Under the pieces are notes generated by a model. It worked only from the letters and a program-made list of their open reading frames with translations, did not search any database and was not told the origin of the DNA. Both the position numbers and the translations under genes were made by a program. From positions 135,653-199,652 of the forward strand of contig CAKVFI010000001.1 in NCBI GenBank assembly GCA_934746715.1: a stretch of DNA of 64,000 nucleotides. The letters are read 5' to 3'. This document shows, piece after piece, positions 54,904 through 61,699 of this stretch. The DNA comes from an uncultured Clostridia bacterium. GTDB lineage: Bacteria > Bacillota > Clostridia > Christensenellales > UBA1242. Numbering within the stretch: the first letter of the stretch is position 1; every line of letters starts with the position of its first letter.

Positions 54904-55779
54904 ATGTTTAAATGGTTAAAAAATTTATTCAATCCTGTAAAATTAATTCCAAAAGATGTGGAAAACGGTTTGATGACTTCAATGTACTACACAATCAAAT
55001 TGGGTGAAAAATTGAACGTGCCCGACAATTGTGTTTGTTTTTTGTCATACAAAGACAGGCTCTACGCCAAATTTGACGCTGGTGAACATGTTTTGGATGA
55101 ATCATGTTTGGCAAATTTAACCGCAAAACAAGCCGGCAGTGTTAAAAACAAAAAAACTGTTAAATTTGATTTGTTTTTTGTTAACTTAAACAATTTTTCT
55201 TACCCGACTTCACAAAAAGAAGTTGTGCCAGTTGACAAAAAACTTTGCAAGTTGGAACTTAAAACAAACTTTTGTTGCAATGTTGTTGATGCAGTTAAAT
55301 TTCAAAAATACGCTTTGTCTTTTTATGCATTAATCCGCCCAATTGATGCTCAACACCTTGTGCAAAGTTTTGTTGAAGAAAACATAAACAAATACTATTT
55401 AAAGTGCTCATTAGCCACTCCAATTGACAATTTAGTTGAAGCAGAAAATTTGAAAGCGTTTTTAAACAAAAAAGGTGAAAAAATTGGTTTAAATTTCTCC
55501 AAATTGGAACTCTCAATCTGGAACAAATCCAAACAAATTGACACTCAAAGCAAAAAATTTTATTTTGAAAATATTGTGCAAAACAAACCAAATGAAAGCA
55601 CAACATCTTCAACCTCAAACATTCAGCAAACAGTTGACAAAACTAAAGAAAAGGAATATTCTTTAGATGTTGACAACAACACACAAGAAAAGGTCGAACC
55701 ACAAGAAATTTGCCCAATTTGCAAGTGCAAACGCATTTCAAATGCTCCATTTTGCCACAAATGTGGGTTTAAATTTTAA
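54904..55779 (+). CDS. SPFH/Band-7-like (YdjI-type) protein with C-terminal zinc ribbon (tentative)
   Basis: The layout resembles Bacillus YdjI: N-terminal beta-rich region with FDLFFVNLNNFSY, then C-terminal CPICKC...CHKCG. Confidence 0.4.
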   Translation: MFKWLKNLFNPVKLIPKDVENGLMTSMYYTIKLGEKLNVPDNCVCFLSYKDRLYAKFDAGEHVLDESCLANLTAKQAGSVKNKKTVKFDLFFVNLNNFSYPTSQKEVVPVDKKLCKLELKTNFCCNVVDAVKFQKYALSFYALIRPIDAQHLVQSFVEENINKYYLKCSLATPIDNLVEAENLKAFLNKKGEKIGLNFSKLELSIWNKSKQIDTQSKKFYFENIVQNKPNESTTSSTSNIQQTVDKTKEKEYSLDVDNNTQEKVEPQEICPICKCKRISNAPFCHKCGFKF

Positions 55780-55805
55780 CAAATATAATTTTTTAAGGAG
55801 AAAAT

Positions 55806-55991
55806 ATGAAGTTTAAAAAGACAGATATCATTGCAACTGTGCTTGAAAAACATCCAAAAGGTGAAGAAATTTTAACAAAATTTGGTTTTCATTGCTTGTA
55901 CTGCCCTTGCAGCCAAATGGAAACACTTGAAGAAGCATGTGAAGTTCATGAAATCAACATTAATGAATTGTTAAAAGCCTTAAATGCGTAA
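55806..55991 (+). CDS. DUF1858 / hybrid-cluster-protein-associated redox disulfide domain protein
   Basis: DIIATVLEKHPKGEEILTKFGFHCLYCPCSQMETLEEACEVHEININELL; SD AAGGAG. Confidence 0.7.
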   Translation: MKFKKTDIIATVLEKHPKGEEILTKFGFHCLYCPCSQMETLEEACEVHEININELLKALNA

Positions 55992-55992
55992 C

Positions 55993-56026
55993 AAAAAAAC
56001 ACTCATAAATTTGAGTGTTTTTTTAT
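55993..56026. terminator. Bidirectional intrinsic terminator
   Basis: A-run, AACACTCA-taaatt-TGAGTGTT, T-run. Confidence 0.7.
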
Positions 56027-56069
56027 TTTTTGCAAGCAGTAACAAAACTATTTTAATTAAAATTGTTTT

Positions 56070-58862
56070 TTACTTTCTCTTTTTATTTTTTATTTTTGCA
56101 TTTTTTGCCAATTGGATTTTTGATGCTTCAAGTTTTGCGTTTTCTTTTGCAATTTCGTCATCAATTTCCTTTAAGAATGCATCAATATCATTAATTTCAG
56201 TTGGTTTTAATTCCTTTTTTGGCCTGCTAATTGGTTTAGTTTCTTGTTTTTCTTCAACTTGCTTTTTAGGTCTGCCAACTGATTTTTTTGCAGGTTGTTC
56301 AACTTCCGCTTCAACCTTTTTTGGTCTACCACGTTTGCCTGCTGGCTTAACTTCTGTTGTTGATTCAGTTGATTCAACTGGTTCTACAACTTTTTTAGGT
56401 CTACCAACTGACTTTTTAACTGGTTGTTGTTCAACTTGTTCAGGTTGCTCAGGTTGCTCTTTGCGAGGACGACCACGTTTGCCCGCTGGTTTTGTTGCAA
56501 CCTCTTCTGCAACAGCCTTGCGTGGGCGGCCAGCTTTGCGTTTTGCTGGTTGCTCAACTTCAGCTTCAACCTTTTTTGGTCTACCGCGTTTGCCTGTTGG
56601 TTTAACTTCTGTTGTTGATTCAGTTGATTCAACTGGTTCTACAACCTTTTTTGGTCTACCAACTGATTTTTTAACTGGTTGTTGTTCAACTTGTTCAGGT
56701 TGCTCTTTGCGTGGGCGGCCACGTTTGCCCGCTGGTTTTGTTGCAACCTCTTCTGCAACAACCTTGCGTGGGCGGCCTGGTTTCTTTTTCTCAACAGGTT
56801 CTGTTACGATTTTACGTGGGCGACCTGGCTTGCCCTTTGGTTTGCTTTCTTCCATTTGAACAGTGGATTCATCAACTGCATTTTGTTCAGTTGAATTTTC
56901 TTCAGCATTTTCCCCCGAATCTGCTGGCTGTTCGTTTTGTTGTTGGTCTTGAGTGTTAACTTGTTCCAACTCTGGTTTTACTTTGTTAGCATCATCTTCA
57001 TCGTCTAAATAATTGAAGTTGTAGTTTGCTGTGTCTTGTGGTTGCTCTTCTTGCTTTGGGCTTTGCTGTTCTTCATCTAAATAGTTGAATGTATAATTTT
57101 GTTGATCAACATTATTTTTTTCTGCTGGTTGTTGTTCTGGTTGTTCAGCTTGTTCGTTATTTGATTGGTCATCAAATGAATAAACTTGGTCAATATGTTC
57201 ATCGGCTGGAGCTTGCTCTGCCTGATTTTGGTCATCATAATAATTTGCATTTTCATCATATTGTTGATTGCCATCATATTGTTGATTGTTATCATAATTA
57301 TTGTCAGCATAATTGTAATTGTCATATTGTTCAGGTTGCTGCTCTTGTTCGGCTGGTTGTTGTTCAACTTTTTCTTGTTTAGATTTTTTGTTTTTGCCTG
57401 TTGCACGATTAACTTCATCAGAAACGCGAGAAATTATTTGTTCACGTTCTTGAATTTTTTGTTGATAATCTGCATCGATTGTTGAAATTTGTTCTTTTAG
57501 TTGTTCATTTTCGTCATAAAGGCCATTAACTTCTTGTTCTTTATGCTTCAACTTTTCTTCCAAATTTTTGATGTTGTCTTGAACTTTGGTGTATTTATCT
57601 GATTCGCGTTCTTCAACCACACGCAAGGCTTCGTCATACACTTTGCCACTGTAAGTATCAAACTCGCTCATCATAGATTTTTCAAGCACATTTCTTGCTT
57701 TTTTGATTTGATTTTCAAGGTCAGCAATTTCTGCTTGGTAGGTTTCCAAAACTTTTTTGTGCCTATCTGTTGCAGTGTCGTAATCGCGCTCCAAATTGCG
57801 TTGACGGTCAAGTTCTTGTTGTTGTTGCTTTTTCAAGTAGTTGGCTTCAATGCTTGAAGTAACTTCTTCCAATTGTTGCTTAAAGTTTTCAAATGTTTCT
57901 TTGCTGACTTGCATTTGACGTTGATATTCTTTGGTTGTTTCACGGAAGGCATTTTCTTCTTGATAAATTTCGTTGTTAACTTGTTCCATGTCTTGCATAA
58001 GTTTTTTACGCTCTGCAATGTAGTTTTCAGCTTCTGTCATGGCGCGTTCCAAAACAAGTGAACGCTCTACACCTGCTTCATCAAAGTTGAATTTTTCATG
58101 TTCAACATTGCGCAAACGAGCACGCTCCAACTCTTTCTTTTCTTCTTCTGCACGCTTTTGAAGGTATGCATACAAAATTGGAATGCCGCGTTTAATTTCG
58201 TTTTTGTCAAACAACACTTCATAGTCAACATAATCTGGCAATGTTTCAGTTGCTTTGTCGATGTTAACTTCAAAATATTGATAGTTTGAATACAAGTCGC
58301 TGATGATTGCATTGTGTTTGATGTTAAAGAAAATTGTAACTAAATAATTAACCATCAAAATCAAAACTGGGCAAAGAAGGCAGTGTTGCAAAATGTCGGC
58401 AAACCTATCTTCATATGAGCAATAGATGTTTAAAAGCAAACAAACACCTGCAAAAATATATGCCAAGATATTCATAATTTGAACATCGCGAGTGTATGTA
58501 CTATTTTTAAGAGGGGTTGCAACGCAGTTTTCAAATGACATATATTTGCTTGCTTTATCTTCCCTATAAAGCACATATTGTTGCCATTGTTTGCGAAGTT
58601 GTTTTGGCACACGGCTGGATTTCATTCTGTTGTTAAAAGCAATCAAATTGTCCTCATTAATTTGAGGATTATCCAAAAAATAATTGTTGAACATATCAAC
58701 TGCTTTAATCAAGCGAGATTCGTAAGAATGAGATGTTGAAATAATAACACAAAAAATTGTGAACAAAAACAAAGCACTGAAAATAATAAAATATCGATTG
58801 TAATTTAAATAATTGGCAAATGAAGAAAAGAATTTGTCAACTGCCTCGAATATATTACTCAT
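56070..58862 (-). CDS. Membrane-anchored coiled-coil protein with acidic Q/N/D/Y-rich linker and a C-terminal array of about ten AT-hook motifs
   Basis: N-terminal TM helices (YFIIFSALFLFTIFCVIIS; ILAYIFAGVCLLLNIY; CPVLILMVNYLVTIFF), about 300 aa of heptad-like E/K/Q sequence, a low-complexity NYDNNQQYD region, then PGRPRK, KRGRPRK and VGRPKK repeated. Confidence 0.7.
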   Translation of the reverse strand: MSNIFEAVDKFFSSFANYLNYNRYFIIFSALFLFTIFCVIISTSHSYESRLIKAVDMFNNYFLDNPQINEDNLIAFNNRMKSSRVPKQLRKQWQQYVLYREDKASKYMSFENCVATPLKNSTYTRDVQIMNILAYIFAGVCLLLNIYCSYEDRFADILQHCLLCPVLILMVNYLVTIFFNIKHNAIISDLYSNYQYFEVNIDKATETLPDYVDYEVLFDKNEIKRGIPILYAYLQKRAEEEKKELERARLRNVEHEKFNFDEAGVERSLVLERAMTEAENYIAERKKLMQDMEQVNNEIYQEENAFRETTKEYQRQMQVSKETFENFKQQLEEVTSSIEANYLKKQQQQELDRQRNLERDYDTATDRHKKVLETYQAEIADLENQIKKARNVLEKSMMSEFDTYSGKVYDEALRVVEERESDKYTKVQDNIKNLEEKLKHKEQEVNGLYDENEQLKEQISTIDADYQQKIQEREQIISRVSDEVNRATGKNKKSKQEKVEQQPAEQEQQPEQYDNYNYADNNYDNNQQYDGNQQYDENANYYDDQNQAEQAPADEHIDQVYSFDDQSNNEQAEQPEQQPAEKNNVDQQNYTFNYLDEEQQSPKQEEQPQDTANYNFNYLDDEDDANKVKPELEQVNTQDQQQNEQPADSGENAEENSTEQNAVDESTVQMEESKPKGKPGRPRKIVTEPVEKKKPGRPRKVVAEEVATKPAGKRGRPRKEQPEQVEQQPVKKSVGRPKKVVEPVESTESTTEVKPTGKRGRPKKVEAEVEQPAKRKAGRPRKAVAEEVATKPAGKRGRPRKEQPEQPEQVEQQPVKKSVGRPKKVVEPVESTESTTEVKPAGKRGRPKKVEAEVEQPAKKSVGRPKKQVEEKQETKPISRPKKELKPTEINDIDAFLKEIDDEIAKENAKLEASKIQLAKNAKIKNKKRK
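56300..56800. repeat. Intragenic tandem duplication (255 and about 246 bp) encoding the AT-hook block
   Basis: CAACTTC(C/A)GCTTCAACCTTTTTTGGTCTACC begins each copy, at 56300 and 56555. The copies differ by scattered substitutions and one 9-nt (PEQ) indel. Confidence 0.85.
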
Positions 58863-59235
58863 AAAAACCCCTTTAATTAATTAAAAATTAATTTTATTTG
58901 TTATCGTTATTATAACACAATCAAATGTTAAATACTAATATTTTTTGATATTTTTTTTAATTTTTTTAAATTTTTTTACAAATTAATTTTTTATTAAAAA
59001 TCAATTAAAAATGCTATTTTTAAGTATTTTAAAGGAGTTTTTTGATAAATTAATTTTTTAAATGAACAAATTATATAACCTAAAATTTTTTTGAATTTTT
59101 AAAAATTACATTAATATTATTAATATATAAATAAATCTATAAAACCTTATTTAAATATTATGGCAATAAAAATGCCTTAAATTAATTGTAAATTTAAAAT
59201 AATTTGTGTATAATATTAAAACAAAAGGAGCAAAT

Positions 59236-59949
59236 ATGTACTGGCTATATTACATAACTGGCATTGTGCTTGTGCCTGGAATTATTTTGGGCTTGTGGGC
59301 ACAAATAAAAGTTCAAACAACTTTTAATGAATACAACAAAATTCAAACTAAACACGGCAAACCGGCAAATGTGGTTGCTCGTTATATGTTAGACGGCGGC
59401 GGTTGCATAGATACAAAGATAGGAGAAATCAAAGGCAGTTTAACCGATAATTACGACCCAAGCAAAGACACAATTTCACTTTCTGAAGATGTTTATAACA
59501 ACTCAACTGTTGCAGCAATTGGCGTAACCGCACATGAAATTGGGCATGTTTTTCAACACAAAAGTAACTACACTCCTGTTAAATTGAGAAGTGCCCTTGT
59601 GCCACTATTAAACATTTCTGGCTTTTTTGTGTGGCCTCTTATAATAATCGGTTTGATTATGGAAGTTGGTTTTTACGTTAGCGGTGCAAAATGGTTGGTT
59701 ATTGCCGGAATTATCCTTTATGGATTAAACATTGTGTTTTGTTTGGTTACCCTGCCTGTGGAATTAAACGCAAGCAAACGAGCATACAAAATGTTGGTTT
59801 CAACTGGCGAAATGGATCAAGAAGAAGCAGAAGGCGTTAAAAAAGTGCTTAACGCAGCCGCTTGGACTTATGTTGCAGCACTTGTAACTTCAATTTTATC
59901 TTTGTTAAGATTATTGTTGTTTGTGTTTGCTGTTCAAAAAAAGGATTAA
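59236..59949 (+). CDS. Membrane zinc metallopeptidase, YugP/Zn_peptidase_2 family
   Basis: Start at ATG 59236 behind AAAGGAG. HEIGHVFQH and TM helices at both ends. Confidence 0.85.
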   Translation: MYWLYYITGIVLVPGIILGLWAQIKVQTTFNEYNKIQTKHGKPANVVARYMLDGGGCIDTKIGEIKGSLTDNYDPSKDTISLSEDVYNNSTVAAIGVTAHEIGHVFQHKSNYTPVKLRSALVPLLNISGFFVWPLIIIGLIMEVGFYVSGAKWLVIAGIILYGLNIVFCLVTLPVELNASKRAYKMLVSTGEMDQEEAEGVKKVLNAAAWTYVAALVTSILSLLRLLLFVFAVQKKD

Positions 59950-60962
59950 TGGAGTATTCTTTCCGCTCTGATTGAGCCAAACTTGCACATTACTTCATAT
60001 TCGCTAGTTGATGAATGATTGGCATAAATTGACAATGGGTTGGCAGAATTTAAAATATAAATTTTGTCGCCCTTTTTTAATGCCGTATTGCCAACATCAA
60101 GCATAAAACAATCCATGCAAATGTTAAGCACTTTGCATTTTTTGCCGTCAACATCAATGTTTAAGCCAATGTAGTGCATGTCAAAGCCATCTGCATAGCC
60201 AACTGGCAAAACTGCCACTCTAATATTTTTGTTGGCAACAAAACGCCTGTCATATCCAACCAACTGCCCCGCCTTAACCTTGTTGATTTGTTCAATTGTT
60301 GTTTGAATTGTGGCAACAGGATTAAAACCTAATTTATTGTTGCAATACAAATCAAAACCAATCCTTGCCATATCAAACTTGTGATTAAACAAATTAAAAA
60401 CGCTGCTGTTGTCGGTGTGAATAATTGGTTTTAAATTATGCTTTTTTGCCAAAGCAACAAATTTGTTAAATTTTTTAAGTTGAGTGTTAACGTATTTATC
60501 ACTCGTTGCAAAATGAGTGTAAAGCCCTTCCAATACCAACCTGCTTGATTTAATCTTGTTTAGGCAGAGTTCAAATTCCTTCAAACTGCTTGTGCCAAAG
60601 CGGTTCATGCCAGAATTGATTTTTAAATGGACTTTGATTGGCTTGTTTAAACTTGCCAAAAAGCAAACATCTTCCACGCAATTGCAAGTGTAAGAAAATC
60701 TTGTGTTGATATGTTCTCTATCTAACGCCGATGTTATTAAGATTGGTTTGTCAGTTAATGGTGCAATTTCTTCTGCTTCCAAAGCACAACAAACGCCAAA
60801 AAAATCAACATGGTTTGTTAAAGTTTTAACAACAAACTCCGCACCCACTCCATAAGCATTTGCTTTGACCATAGCACAAAGTTTTGTGTTTTTTGCTTTT
60901 GCCTTTAACTTAAGCAAATTGTTTAATAAATTTTGTTTGCTTATAATCAATTTGTTGAACAT
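59946..60962 (-). CDS. alr: Alanine racemase (short form)
   Basis: PLP lysine context AMVKANAYGVG, VGYADG; 4-nt overlap with the convergent gene end. Confidence 0.85.
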   Translation of the reverse strand: MFNKLIISKQNLLNNLLKLKAKAKNTKLCAMVKANAYGVGAEFVVKTLTNHVDFFGVCCALEAEEIAPLTDKPILITSALDREHINTRFSYTCNCVEDVCFLASLNKPIKVHLKINSGMNRFGTSSLKEFELCLNKIKSSRLVLEGLYTHFATSDKYVNTQLKKFNKFVALAKKHNLKPIIHTDNSSVFNLFNHKFDMARIGFDLYCNNKLGFNPVATIQTTIEQINKVKAGQLVGYDRRFVANKNIRVAVLPVGYADGFDMHYIGLNIDVDGKKCKVLNICMDCFMLDVGNTALKKGDKIYILNSANPLSIYANHSSTSEYEVMCKFGSIRAERILH

Positions 60963-61055
60963 AAATTTTTATATGACTCAATTTTTTATATTGTTAAGCT
61001 CAAAAATTCATTCCACCACTTTAAAACAAAAAAACACACAAATGTGTGTTAATTT

Positions 61056-61652
61056 TTAGTTTTTGTTTGGAGTTTCTTTGTGCATAGAAAACTCGCACCC
61101 ACAATAATCTTGGCGATAAATATCCTTTTGTTTGCAAATTTGTGTTGAACGAAGGTAACCATTTTCCTTTTTAAAATCTGCGTGAAGGTATTTTACACCA
61201 TATTTGCGCTCGTTAAGTTCCCCAAGTTGATTTATATATTCCGCATCTTTGTGTGGACTGATTGAAAGAGTTGTGGTTACAATGTCAAAATTGTTTGCAA
61301 CTGCAAAATTAAAAGTTTTGTCCAAGCGCTCGGCAATGCAAATTTTGCATCTATATCCGCCCTCTGGTTCGTCCTTAAACTTGCTTGCAACATCAACAAA
61401 ATCTTGATGATTGTAGCCGATATCCACAACATCAACCCCAAGTTTTTTAAACTCTAATTTGCGTTTTTCAAATTCATCTTGTGGATATATGTTTGGATTG
61501 TAAAAAAAGTAAGTGATTTCAAAATAATTTTTTAACTTTTCAATAACTGCCGATGAGCATGGCGCACAACAACAATGCAAAAGTAGTTTTGGCTTAATCA
61601 AACCAAAACTACTTATTTCTTCATGCATTAATTTGTTGTAATCAATTTTCAT
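61056..61652 (-). CDS. queH: Epoxyqueuosine reductase QueH (DUF208)
   Basis: LLLHCCCAPCSS, YRCKICIAERL, DYCGCEFS. Confidence 0.88.
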   Translation of the reverse strand: MKIDYNKLMHEEISSFGLIKPKLLLHCCCAPCSSAVIEKLKNYFEITYFFYNPNIYPQDEFEKRKLEFKKLGVDVVDIGYNHQDFVDVASKFKDEPEGGYRCKICIAERLDKTFNFAVANNFDIVTTTLSISPHKDAEYINQLGELNERKYGVKYLHADFKKENGYLRSTQICKQKDIYRQDYCGCEFSMHKETPNKN

Positions 61653-61699
61653 TGTTTTAATTGTAACACAAATATTTTATTTGTCAAATCAAAATTATT

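Noticed and set aside
55984-56859. 291-aa plus-strand ORF rich in GLP/RGRP-like repeats, together with several smaller ORFs in 56384-57485.
   Set aside because: It lies antisense to the AT-hook protein gene. The open frames are a by-product of the repetitive, low-complexity coding sequence on the minus strand. It has no SD and starts inside a terminator.
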